Positions 45,476-57,894 of a DNA stretch of 64,000 nt are shown here, one piece after another. Source of the stretch: the human T2T-CHM13v2.0 reference genome, Homo sapiens; the NCBI RefSeq assembly GCF_009914755.1, contig NC_060935.1; one strand, 5' to 3'. The notes below the pieces were generated by a model. It had not been told where the DNA came from, ran no database searches, and was given only the letters and a program-made list of their open reading frames with translations. The position numbers and the translations under genes were made by a program. The stretch's first letter is position 1. Each line of letters begins with the position of its first letter.

Positions 45476-48400
45476 ACAAAACCACAATTCCGTCAGGCTC
45501 CCTCCAAGGGGAGGCTGTGGCAAGACGACTTCTGCTCCCTGGCGGTGAGTGAAGCTCAGACGCTTAGATGGGATTTCAGTGGAGAGCTAGTCTCCTCAGG
45601 AAACCTGTGAGCTCCCTCACCACAGGAAAAGAGATTAAAATGTGCCCTATATGGGCATACAGAGCTTAAAATGTGCCCGATATGGGTATAAACTGAATTA
45701 GACCGGGGCCTACTGTGGGCCTGCTGGAGCCCAAGGCAACCCCTGCCCAAGCTTCTCCCACTCCATGCAGGATCTGGGGGAAGGGTCGCTGGCAGCATGT
45801 TCCCAGCTGTGCCTTCGGGCTCTGGCAGCAGAAGGGGAGGCCAGGTCTCTCCGAGAGCCCCCAGGTGCTGCTTCAGGAGCAGATGGGAAACAGTGAATCC
45901 TGAGTCCTACCCTGGAGGGACTGGCCACCTCCCATTTGACAGCCTGCTTTGTCCCCAGGCTTTGTTGTCTGCCCATGGCTAATTCTTAATCTACTTCTTT
46001 TCTCTGGACATATTGAATAAAAAAACCCCAGTGATCCTTTCAGTATTTAAGTGCTGCACAACCCAGGGGGGCAGGTCCCAGGAGGAGGCAAGTTGCTTAT
46101 TTCAAAGCCACAACCTCCTGGAGTCTCCAGGACCTCGATTCCTCTCCTCCCTGCCATGCAGGCGACTGAGGGGTGACTTCAGATGGAAGACATGTGTCCC
46201 TCCTCCCGTGGTGGCTGGGGCAGCAGGGGTGACTCCCGCCCTGGGCCTGGTGGAGATCAGTCCTGCAGGACTCAGGGTCCTCAGCACAGCGGTGCCCACC
46301 GCAGGCTCTTCTGAGGAGCCATGCTGCATTCTCCCCGTTGTGTGTCTCTGGGCCCGATTGACCTTTTGCTCCAGCCCAGTCGTGGCTGTGGGACCAATGC
46401 TGCAAGCACTCAGGTCAACCTCAGGAGGCCTGAGTTCACAGCACCTCACATCCGTGCTGGCCCTGGGAGTCTAGGTAAGAAAGAGGGTGAAATGCCCTGA
46501 GACCAGAGTGGAGCCCACCGGGGCCATCTGGAAGTGTGAGGGAAGTATGTGCCCTGGGTAAGATGCCAGCTTGAGGGAGACAGAAGGGGGATACAGTCTC
46601 ACCTTTTCCCAGCTGAGACATGGTCTTGAGGTGACGTTTGTATGGCGTGTCAGGGATGGTCCCGGGTACACTTAAGTCATAACATCCATCGGTCAGCTCC
46701 ATGACACGTGTGTGTGGCCCTGCTCCTGCCCACTTCACTTCCCTCATCTGAAGACTGTGCTCCTTAGTAAGGCAACAGCGTGTAAGCCCTGGCCTCGGAC
46801 TCTGCTTTTTGGGAAATATGAGCTGAAGCATCGTCTTCATCTAAATGGGTTGGTCTCCTGCAAGCTACTCCAGATCACGGTTCCTGATAAACTCCCAGGC
46901 CTCTCAGTGTCCCCTGCCTGGCCTGAGGGGCCCGTGGCCTTGGCCAGCCGTGGGTCACATTGCATGACCCGGTGCTCTGTGAGCTGCCTGTGTGGGCAGG
47001 GACAACGGCACTCTGGGCTTCCACGCACCGGGCTCTCCTGTTACGCAGCGCCCCCGCCCCCACCCCGCCCAGGACTTCTCCTCTTTATTTTGAGATATTT
47101 TTCTTTGGTTCTGATTCCCAGGCTGCTTTCTGGCTACACAACTCTGTCTCCTCCAGACCAGAATTCTGGTTCCCGTGCTGGGTCTCGGGGACCATGGTGA
47201 ACGCTGCCTGTCATGGAAACTTCAGAGGGCTTCCCACTCATCGTGTGACTGTCTTAAAGCAAGTGACAGCAAGTGCTGGGCGGAGCCTCAGATTACCTGG
47301 TGTAGCAAGACCCACTTTCTGATATGGAGAAAACAAGAAAATTTAGGTGCAGAGGACTGAGGAGCAGGTGCAGGGGCCATGCACAGTGGGCCTGGAACCT
47401 CCTGTGATCCGCCAGCACCTGCAGGAGATGGGCCACACTCCATCACACGGTTGGTACTGAGCCCAAAGATATGAGAAGCAGGCCATGGTGACCAAGAGGA
47501 GGTGAGGCCTGCCTGTGTGCGGTGAGGCACAGGGAGTGCTGAATGGAAGCAAAACACACAGGGACCTCCTGCCGGGAGTGGGCAGGAAGGAGAGGCAGAT
47601 TCACCCACACCGAATGATGTCGCTGAGGCTCTCTCTGGGGTTATGCTAAAGGGCCTCATAGAACCAAACAGCAATGATTTCCTGGGTCTCTCATCCTGGA
47701 ACCCCAATAAATTAGTGGCCTCTAATATCTGAATGTGCATACCCCATTAAAATTATAAGTGGCTTCTCCTGCTCTAGGGAGCTTACAGGCAGATGGAGGG
47801 GCAGGCGAGGCTGTCTCAGGAGAGGCGAAGCTCTAGGCTGGACATGCACACTGGGACTAGAATTCAGTGACGGATGAACTCTGGGATGTTGAGGCACATG
47901 TAGGGTGCAGAGGAGGCCAGGGCTCTGCAGTAGGACCATACCCTTGATTCTGGAGAGGGCCTCCATCAGCAGCTGGATGTCACTGGCTAAGAACCTTTGT
48001 TGGGGCTCTGCCACCCACATTTGTCTTGACCTTGAATGAGCCACTCCTCTCCAGGGTGTGTGCATTTGGGCTATGCCTCCTTCAGAGGTGGCCGCAGGTG
48101 GACTGGCCCTTTGAACACAGGTTCATGGTTGAACACAGGTTCATGGAAAAGGAAGAATCCTTCATTTTCATCCCCTATTCAGCCATCAGCAGGGCCCAGA
48201 GCCCTTCTCCATGTTGCTTGTGCAAACACAGTGTTTCCAGCTCATAAGGCAGGGCGGTTCCTGGATTTGCAGCCCCAGGACTCTCCACCAGCTCAAGCAC
48301 ACCTTGGTTTCGTAGGTGTCAGCTGCCTTCATTGCATCATAATTCATGCTTGCTGATCTTTACTTGATAGGCATTTTAACAGTCTTGGAGCCGTGTGACT

Positions 48401-49954
48401 TGCAAAAGGCCCAGTTAAAAGGGACTCAGATGAGGCCTTGGAGCCTGCAGCTTCACCCAGGAGCACCTGTGAGTGGTGCGAGAGGGGCAGACAGTGAGAA
48501 CAGAGGGCTGGGGCCTGGGGAAGTTCTTGGGAGCCCCCGTCGCCCCTTCGTGCTTTCTCTCCCCTTGGTGCTTTCACAACCTCTTTCCAGGTGTGCTGGG
48601 TGCCCAGGGGCTTTCGCTTTCCCAGGGTCTGGATTTCCGGGTTGTGCCCCTGTTTTATCTTTACTGGGTTTCTCCCAACGGTAAGGTATGTTTCCTTCAT
48701 TTTCCATTCCAGCAGGATACTGCTTTTGGCTTGCTGTCCAATGCTGGGGAAAATGAAAGCATTAACTCACAAGGCAAGTTCCAAAGGTGCAGGGCGGCTT
48801 CTGGAATATATGGCCCTGAGGGTAGCAGACACATGGGAGGGAAGGTATGAAATCCAAATATGGATTCTTATGAGGAATTTCAGGTATTCTGGCAGGCTGA
48901 CAGCTGAAATATTTAATTGAAAAAATATTTCCCAGCTTCCTCAATTCACAGCACAGAGTTCTGCCCTCTCAGCCTAAACAAGAGGCAGGCCCTCCTGGTG
49001 GCTGCCCCTCTCCTGAATGCCTCACAGCAGCCTGTCTCAGTCTGGGGCTGTGCTGAGCTACCTCTTAGCAGTTTCTTTAGTCATTTTAAGGTAGGGTTTC
49101 CTGGGTCAGCCAGAGACGTGCATATCTAAAAGTCTCTTATGTCTGCATGGCTAAAGGCTCATGATTTGTAAGGCTAATGAGGTTTATAGAACATTTAACA
49201 GAGTTTTTTGAAAATTTGGAAACAATGCAGCCGTTATCTTTGAGAGCATCCTTGCCCTTGAGTTTCCCAGCTGAGATCTCCTCCCTGGGGTCTGGCTTCT
49301 CTCATCTCTTTGAATTGCACACAGGCTTCCAGTGGACAGCACCTGCTGCTCTGCCAGCCCCAGCCAAACCTCTCCTTGCTCAGTTTTATCCTGTTCCTAG
49401 GAGGAAACTGGTCTTTCCTTGGCCTTAATAAAAGCCCAAATCCATGCACTTCACAAGACCAGTCCCCAGCTGGCCCTTTTCCATGGTTTAGAATCTTTGG
49501 CCAAAAGTTGACTGTGTTTGTCATCTCCTGCTGGACTGTCGGCTCTGGGGCTAGAAAAGCCTGGAGAGATGGGTAAGAGCCAGGACAAAGAAACAGAAGA
49601 CTTTTCTTGCAAAGAATAAAAGGTATGTATTCATTTATTTAATAACCATTGATGATGTGCCTGCATGGTGCTGCACATACCTTGGGGAGGAGGGGCAGAG
49701 GCTTTGCGCCTAGACGACTCAGCATGTAGCTTAACAAAGAAATAACCTGGAGAACAATAGCCCACAGTGTGGGGCTCCGGCATGCTGAGCACTGGAGCTA
49801 AAGGAGCCTGGCAGGCTTCAGAAGCCGAGCTCTGAGTGCCTCTGCCTCAGACCCGTTCCCTGCTGACGTGAGTCACAGAAGCCAGAATCCTCTTCCCCAT
49901 GGCAGCCATGGAAGCAAGGACCTCCTCTCCCACAAAGCGAGCCCTGAAACCTAG

Positions 49955-50415
49955 TGAGAAAGAAAATAAAGTTTCAATCTGAGGAACATGAGAAATTATC
50001 AGGCCTTGGGAGGTGTTAAAATGAGAGAGGAGTCATGCCGCAGGCACCTTGAGGTAAGTAATCATTTCAAAGCCACCTGGTGTATGGACTCAGGACTGAG
50101 TGTTGCCACCAGTAGCTATAAATTAATCTAACAAGAATGGCCATCCTACACTGGACACCATAACTCACATCCTGTCATTCAACAATATATAACCAATAAC
50201 TAATCAATGTCATTTCTGCAAGCCAATTAGAATTCCTGACCAACAACTTGTGTAATCACCCCCTTTCCTGATTCATCCTTTTTTCTTTAAAAATTTGAGC
50301 CTCTCCTTTGTTCCCTGAGCACTTCACAGTGTGTCCCGGACTGTGAAGTGCTCAACCTTGGCCCAAATAAACTCTCTGCATTAAATTTGCCACAGTTTCC
50401 TTCTTTACGTAGACA
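49955..50415 (+). mobile_element. ERV1 MER4-group solo LTR
   Basis: TGAGAAAG...AATAAA...TAGACA; near-TSD ctag/atag. Confidence 0.75.
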
Positions 50416-50424
50416 ATAGACAAG

Positions 50425-51311
50425 TGTAAACCAAAAGGTATCTGAGACAGGTCCGCATCCACTTAGAGGTTTGTTTTGTCCAACCACCTCGGGTACACAT
50501 GCCATGGGCCATGACACAGCCTCAGAAGAACGTGTGCCCAAGGTGGTCTGGTGATAGCTTGGTTTTCTACATTTTGGGGAGACAGAAGTTCCAGGCCAAG
50601 TTATAAATCAATACTTGTATGATGTACATTGGCAAGCCCAGAGAGGCAGGACAGCTCGAAGAAGGGGGCTTCCAGGTCAAGGGGGGTTCAAAGATGTGCT
50701 GATTGGTAGCTGTTTGAAAGAGTTAAGTCCTGCTTGGAGAGTGAAACTCAGCATAAAGAAATGCTTAAGTTTACATAAGGGGGTTGTGGAAGACAAGGTT
50801 CTTGTCTTATAGTTGAAGCCTCCAGGTAGCAGGCTTCAGAGAGAATAGATGTGGAAGGTCTCTTATCACACCTTAAAAGGTGTCAGACTCTCTGGAAAGA
50901 CCTAGTAAGGGAAGGAGACTCTCTATAGAATGTAGATTTACCCCACAAGAGACAGCTTTGCAGAACCGCTTCAACATCTTCGACATATGTCAAATAAATG
51001 TATTTTGGGATAAAATACTTTGACTTCTTCCAGGGCCTGCTATGTGTCATATGATGCTATACCAGAGTCAGGCTAGAATTTGGAATCTCATGGCTACAAA
51101 GAGTCTGCTTGTCTGTCTTCAGATCTCTGTTTTTGTGTTAGTGCCGATCAGTTGTGTCTAAACTCCAAAGGGAAGAGGGGATAGCGAGGCGTGTCTGATC
51201 CCCTCTTCTGGTTACATCCTGAACTAGCTTTTCAGGTTTCTTGGAGGTCCGCTAAGCCAAGAGGAGGGTCTATACAGTCGGTGGGGTCTCAGAATTTTAT
51301 TTTTGGTTACA
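50425..51311 (-). mobile_element. MER4-family solo LTR
   Basis: tgtaaaccaaaaggtatctgagacaggtc ... aattttatttttggttaca, the MER4 termini. Confidence 0.85.
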
Positions 51312-53206
51312 AAGTTCACTCTCTCCCTTCTCCCTTGAGAGCCCTCATTCCAGAGGGGTCCTGCCCATACCCAGGAGGCCGAAATGCTATGCAGAAAAGC
51401 CAAGAAGAAGCCACACAGACAGGCCTTGGAGGCCTCCGTGTAGCACCACAGACCATCCCCCTTTGTCCAAGCACATTTCTCCACAGTGTCCATTCTTCAT
51501 GGAACCTAAGGATACAAACAGATGGTTCCCCTGCAGCTTCAGATCTTCATTTCTCAAGGCACCTGTATTATATGAAACTTTAAGTAAATCTGTTATGCTT
51601 TTCTCTCGTCAGCCTGTCTTCTGTTGTAGGAGTGTCAGCTGTGAGCCTTAGGATGAGTGAGTAAAGGCATCACACCCTTCTGCCACTACATCTGCATAGA
51701 CACGTTTTCTTTGGATACGTCCACAACAAAACTTTTCCTTGTAAATTTCCATGTGTGAATGAGGTCAGTCGTGGGAGTGATGCTGAAGCACATCTGGCAT
51801 GTCGTGGTGGCTGATTAAAGGCAGAGCCAGGCCCACTCACCTGATGCACATCACACTCCTGACACGTCCTGGTGGCTGTATTAAAGGCAGCCAACCCAGG
51901 CCCGCTCAGATGCCCGGCGGTAACCTGATGCACATCACACTCTTCTCACAGATCCCAGGAAGGAAACCAACGAGGGTCATGCATTACAGGGCATGAGAGA
52001 ATTACAGACTCTGAAGTTTGTAAGGGCAACTTAAGTGGTTTTCAAGGACATTATCTATACTCCAGGAAGCACTGCAACCATCATTTTACACAGAAAAAGC
52101 AATTCTGGTCGACTACAAAAAGCCTCCACTGCCCAGAATATAATCTGATCACCTCCTGCACAAGTTCTGGTGTCAGACTCCAGAAAGTGCAGTCTGTCTG
52201 GTACATACAACCTGGGAATCAAAAGTAAAGTGGTTTCTACTTATTTGAACCATGAACTGTACACACGAAAACCCTTCTTTCACTTAGGATTAAAGTGTTT
52301 TCTTTCAAATGCCTCTTGAGTGACTTGCTATCAATTCAGAAAGCCCAGCTGTCCAGCAGACAGCAAAGAAAAACAACCTAGCTTTGTCTTGGGAAAAAAA
52401 CTCATCTTCCTGTCTCCCGTTATGGTTCTGCACAGAAAGTCAAGTACCTTTCCCAGACACCACACAGAGTGTGAATGCAGGAACTAAACCCTTCTGCAAA
52501 GACATGGGATGGTTTTATTGAAAAATAACAGTGCATTTTTAATGTTTTGCTTCTATATTTTATAACAACTCCTTGGTAGCTGACGCCCGCTCCCTTTCCA
52601 ATGTTCTGTGCCGTTCCTCCTTCCTCTGCTCCCTCAGATGGAACGGAGCTGGCTGCCTCTGTTCCAAGAAGCCTGCGGCTGAGTGCGGGCTTGACATGAG
52701 ATATTTATCATCTCAGGATGTCTTCGCTCAGATCGCTGGCTCTCCACCCCCAGACTTCTTTATCTTATTTTGCTAAACAAGATGAGTTTCTGTCATTGCT
52801 GGAAGTAATTGCCTTGTTTTTTAATATATATCAAGGCCCAGGTTAACAACTGGACAATGCAATGCATTTGTTATTCCCTCTCTCTCCTGTTTATTCTAGT
52901 GTGAAATTGTTTTCCAGGTAGTGATTAATTCTGCCAAAGCTTCCTGCCCTTGCTGGGTAATTTGCTGTATTTGGGAAGAAGATGCTAACTGCGCGGCTCT
53001 GCCATCAGAGGTGTCGTTACTGTTTTGTCAAACACTAGCTCCTCCATTGTCTTCTGCCAATCAGCCAAGCCTGTGGTCCTTTATTCATTTCCTGTTTCTG
53101 AGTTTTCTGTGGGGAGGACTGAAGCTGAGTCTTCGGGGGAGACTGTGTCAGGAGGCTGGGGTGGGCTGGAGAGGGCCCCCCAGCGGTGGCTCCAAAGCAT
53201 CTCCGC

Positions 53207-53961
53207 AGCGATGGAGAACTGGGGTTCGTGGGCAGAGTGGTGAGCGACGGAGAACTGGGGTTCGTGGGCAGAGTGGTGAGCAACGGAGAACTGGGGTTCG
53301 TGGGCAGAGTGGTGAGCGACGCAGAGCTGGGGTTCATGGGCAGAGTGGTGAGCGACGGAGAACTGGGGTTCGTGGGCAGAGTGGTGAGCGACGGAGAGCT
53401 GGGGTTCATGGGCAGAGTGGTGAGCGACGGAGAACTGGGGTTCGTGGGCAGAGTGGTGAGCGACGGAGAGCTGGGGTTCGTGGGCAGAGTGGTGAGCGAC
53501 GCAGAGCTGGGGTTCATGGGCAGAGTGGTGAGCGACGGAGAACTGGGGTTCGTGAGCAGAGTGGTGAGCGACGGAGAGCTGGGGTTCATGGGCAGAGTGG
53601 TGAGCGACGGAGAACTGGGGTTCGTGGGCAGAGTGGTGAGCGACGGAGAACTGGGGTTCGTGGGCAGAGTGGTGAGCGACGGAGAACTGGGGTTCGTGGG
53701 CAGAGTGGTGAGTGACGGAGAACTGGGGTTCGTGAGCAGAGTGGTGAGCGACGCAGAGCTGGGGTTCGTGGGCAGAGTGGTGAGCGACGGAGAACTGGAG
53801 TTCGTGGGCAGAGTGGTGAGCGACGCAGAGCTGGGGTTCGTGGGCAGAGTGGTGAGCGACGGAGAACTGGGGTTCGTGGGCAGAGTGGTGAGCGACGCAG
53901 AGCTGGGGTTCATGGGCAGAGTGGTGAGCGACGGAGAACTGGGGTTCGTGGGCAGAGTGGT
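53207..53961. repeat. VNTR, 21 x 36 bp
   Basis: Unit agcgacggagaactggggttcgtgggcagagtggtg with a few variant positions. Confidence 0.98.
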
Positions 53962-54299
53962 TGGCTGCCCCACTGTCAGCCTGTTCTGAAAGTAGGAATG
54001 ACCCTCAGCTGAGCTGAGATGTTGCTGGTGGAGACTCTAAGACTGTGGATTCTGACTCCCTGGGCTCAGGAAGGACGGTGCTGGGAACAAGGTGCAGACA
54101 AGGCACGACGAAGCTGGAGTGCCTCATACCACCCCCATGAAAGCGACGAAGGACTCCCAGAACCATTCCTGGGGGCCCGTGGGAACGAGGACTTTGGGGG
54201 CACAAGGACGAGCTGAAGAAGTCTTCCTGATTGTGGTTGTCAGAGGGAGGACATGGCATCGTGGTGGGCCAGAGTATCGGCCTCAACACCACCCACTTT

Positions 54300-54500
54300 T
54301 CAGGCTGCAGTCTCCACCGTGGCCGCTGTGTGCATTGGAGGGCACTTGGCAGCATCCCCAGCCTCCCCACTAGAAAACCAGATGCCAGGAGCATATGCGC
54401 CCCTCCTCAAGGTGCAACCACCAGAAACGACGCCAGACATTGCCAAATGTCCCTTGAGGGTGGGGACAAATGCCCCTCATCCCCCTTGAGGACTGCAGCT
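54300..54500 (-). mobile_element. MER20 DNA transposon
   Basis: cagatgccag ... ccagacattgccaaatgtcccttgagggtggggacaaa is the reverse of the MER20 5' end. Confidence 0.7.
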
Positions 54501-55109
54501 GGAACTCAATGAAGAGCAGCGGTAAGTGTCTCTTGAAGGGTCTGTCCACGGCCATCCGGGTGGCTTCATGGTACACGGGAGCCCATGTGGGATCCTGAAG
54601 TCAGAGTCCAGGACTGGGCCTTGGCTCAGTTATCAGCTGCAAGGTCTTGGAGAAAATCATTAACGGAGCTGCACAGTTTTCTGGGGAGTGGAAAGGCTGT
54701 GGAAACGGCAGTGAGCCATGGAATCACAGGATAAACAAGAAAAAGGGCACTTCCCCCTCTCCCTCCCTCCCCTGTGTGGACTCCAGCAGAAGGCTCCTGG
54801 GAATGTGTCCTCTGTCCTCAGTGCTCAGTTACATGAGCGGCACCTCCACTCTCCCCAGATGGTGTCCTGTTCTGTGCTGAGCTCTGCACTGAGAGTTCTG
54901 CCCTGAGGTCATCCCTTCACATCCCAGGCTGGTGCTGGCATGGGCCTGTCCCTGGGCTCTGCCTGGCTCCTGTACCTGCCCCTCCACGAGAGGCCACTCC
55001 ATCTCCTCCCCAGGCCCCTCCACCTGGCACAGACACCCTCTGCCCCTGTGAGACTTTGCCCCTCTCTGCCTGCGTCCCTGTCACCACTCCTCCATCAGCA
55101 CAACCACAG

Positions 55110-55993
55110 CACCTGTGGGATCTCCTGGGAGGGACAGGAGGCACAGGCAGTCATCACCTGTGGGATCTCCTGGGAGGGACAGGAGGCACAGGTGGTCATC
55201 ACCTGTGGGATCTCCTGGGAGGGACAGGAGGCACAGGCGGTCATCACCTGTGGGATCTCCTGGGAGGGACAGGAGGCACAGGCGGTCATCACCTGTGGGA
55301 TCTCCTGGGAGGGACAGGAGGCACAGGCGGTCATCACCTGTGGGATCTCCTGGGAGGGACAGGAGGCACAGGCGGTCATCACCTGTGGGATCTCCTGGGA
55401 GGGACAGGAGGCACAGGCGGTCATCACCTGTGGGATCTCCTGGGAGGGACAGGAGGCACAGGCGGTCATCACCTGTGGGATCTCCTGGGAGGGACAGGAG
55501 GCACAGGCGGTCATCACCTGTGGGATCTCCTGGGAGGGACAGGAGGCACAGGCGGTCATCACCTGTGGGATCTCCTGGGAGGGACAGGAGGCACAGGCGG
55601 TCATCACCTGTGGGATCTCCTGGGAGGGACAGGAGGCACAGGCGGTCATCACCTGTGGGATCTCCTGGGAGGGACAGGAGGCACAGGCGGTCATCACCTG
55701 TGGGATCTCCTGGGAGGGACAGGAGGCACAGGCGGTCATCACCTGTGGGATCTCCTGGGAGGGACAGGAGGCACAGGCGGTCATCACCTGTGGGATCTCC
55801 TGGGAGGGACAGGAGGCACAGGCGGTCATCACCTGTGGGATCTCCTGGGAGGGACAGGAGGCACAGGCGGTCATCACCTGTGGGATCTCCTGGGAGGGAC
55901 AGGAGGCACAGGCGGTCATCACCTGTGGGATCTCCTGGGAGGGACAGGAGGCACAGGCAGTCATCACCTGTGGAATCTCCTGGGAGGGACAGG
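55110..55993. repeat. VNTR, ~19.6 x 45 bp
   Basis: Unit cacctgtgggatctcctgggagggacaggaggcacaggcggtcat; internal units are identical. Confidence 0.98.
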
Positions 55994-57052
55994 CAAAGTC
56001 ATACCGAAGCCTCAGGCTCAGCAGAGCACAGCCTTGATGGCACCGGGTCTGGCAGGGACCACGGCTCTCACAGGTTCCCTGCCCCAGGTCCCACCTTGGA
56101 GGAGGGTTCTTGGCATGACCATCCCTCGAGCACAGGTGTCCCGGAGGCCACGTGTGTGGACCCGTTGCCTGTCCTCAGGACTTGCAGGCCCAGGCACAGG
56201 GCAGATGCCTTCCCAGCCCTCCTGCTGCCCTGGGAGCCATGTGCCATGGCTGGTGCCCCCTCTTTTCTCCCCAGGCCCCTGGGATGGTGCCTGACATCCC
56301 CTAGCTGATTTGTCCCGCCCTGATCTTCCTTGAATGAGGGGCACACGTCTAGGGTCATGCTTGTGGAATGCAGGTTTCTGAAGTTCCTGGTGCTGTTCAC
56401 GGCAGAACGCTGGGCTTTGAGGTGAGGCAGGAGCTGGTGGGCCTGAGCCTGAGTGAGTTTCTCAGCTCAGAGGGAGGGCAAAGCGCGTGGAAGGCTAAGC
56501 TGCTTCGTGAGGCAGCTGCACCCTCACCCCAGGCCTGGGCTCCACCCTGAGGCTTTCCCGCCTACTGTTCACATCCTGGGAGTTTGGGGAAAATCCTGAG
56601 AAATGAGGCCCAGGCTCCCTCCTCCCCACTTTCAAGCCAGAAGGGTGTAAAGAGTGTGGTCAGAATGAACATGAAGTGGCGCCTCCTGCCAGGGTCTGCC
56701 TGCCTCTTTCACAGGTCTTCCATCACCTACTCCCCAGGACGGCCTTGGAGGCACCTGGATTCCTCCCACTCACTGATGCCACAAACCTGTAAAACGACTT
56801 GTCCAGGGCCACACATCTTAAAATCTCCCACTGTCAATCACTAGACCCCATTTCTTCCAGAGGTGTGAGATTGTCCTTAGGCAGCGTGACCTGTGCCATT
56901 AGAGTGTGTGCTCTGCGGACAAAAAAAATCATCCTGAAGACATTTAGATTTGGTTTCATTCTGTATTGATCTTTATCGTCAAATTTGCCTCCTAATGGAA
57001 TTATGCCTGTATCAACATTAAAATGAGCATTCCTTGAGCTCACAGCGATGGC

Positions 57053-57675
57053 GTGTGTGTCTGTGTGAGTCTGTGTGTCTCTCTGTGCGTGTCTGTGTGA
57101 GTCCGTGTGTCTCTCCATGAGTGTCTGTGCGAGTCTGTGTGTCTCTCCGTGCGTGTCTGTGCGAGTCCACGTGTCTCTCCGTGCGTGTCTGTGCGAGCCT
57201 GTGTGTCTCTCCGTGCGTGTCTGTGTGAGTCTGTGTGTCTCTCTGTGCGTGTCTGTGTGAGTCCGTGTGTCTCTCCGTGAGTGTCTGTGCGAGCCTGTGT
57301 GTCTCTCCGTGCATGTCTGTGTGAGTCTGTGTGTCTCTCCGTGCGTGTCTGTGTGAGTCTGTGTGTCTCTCCCTGCGTGTCTGTGTGAATCTATGTCTTT
57401 CTGTGCGTGTCTGTGTGAGTCTGTGTGTCTCTCTGTGCATGTCTGTGAATCTATGTCTTTCTCTGTGTGTCTGTGTTCATATCTGTAGGTTGTGTATGTC
57501 TGTGTGTGTGTGTGTGTCTGTATGCATATAAGTCTATACGTGTCTGTGTGTGGGCGTGCGTGTTTGTATGTCTGTGTGTGCCAGTGCTTCTATGTGTGGC
57601 AGTGTGTCTGTGTGTCCCTATGTGTCTGTGTGTGCCTGTGTGTCTGTGTTTATGTCTGTGTGTGTCTGTGTGTGG
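57053..57675. repeat. TG/TC-rich minisatellite (32-bp unit, ~12 copies) decaying into (TG)n-like sequence
   Basis: Unit gtgtctgtgtgagtctgtgtgtctctc(c/t)gtgc at 57057, 57089, 57121 and onward. Confidence 0.92.
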
Positions 57676-57894
57676 TTTGGGTTGGAGCTGGCGGAGGCAG
57701 GGTTGATAAGAGGAACTGGTTTAGGAAGCCAGAAGCAGCAAGGCCGACAGGCCGCTCCCGGAGACTGTCTCCCTCACCCCTCACCTCCATGGGTGGACTG
57801 CCTGGGTGCGGGCAGAGCCTGTGCCCTCTTTACCAAGTGCTGCGGCACAGCCTGTCTTCCTGACCTCATTCCTGCTACTTTTAAGGCACCGTAT

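Larger units (their letters stand above)
49790..51690 (+). mobile_element. Host ERV1 LTR (MER39/MER34-like), split by two LTR insertions; pieces ~49790-49954 and 51312-51690
   Basis: ccctcattccagaggggtcctgcccatacccaggagg and ttatgcttttctctcgtcagcctgtcttctgttgtaggagtgtcagc ... ccactaca mirror the reverse-strand LTRs at 21 kb and 25 kb. Confidence 0.65.

Noticed and set aside
42700-49600. GC-rich unique region with many 60-160 aa ORFs as a protein-coding gene
   Set aside because: No recognisable protein similarity, and overlapping ORFs in all frames are expected at this GC content. Small exons of a gene or lncRNA cannot be excluded without transcript alignment.
52921-56308. Long ORFs of 264-412 aa (mucin-like PTS-rich, RS-rich, GGT-rich)
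   Set aside because: They are translations of 36-bp and 45-bp VNTRs whose units are multiples of 3 and stop-free. They are open in several frames and on both strands, mostly with non-ATG starts, and show no domain or exon context.
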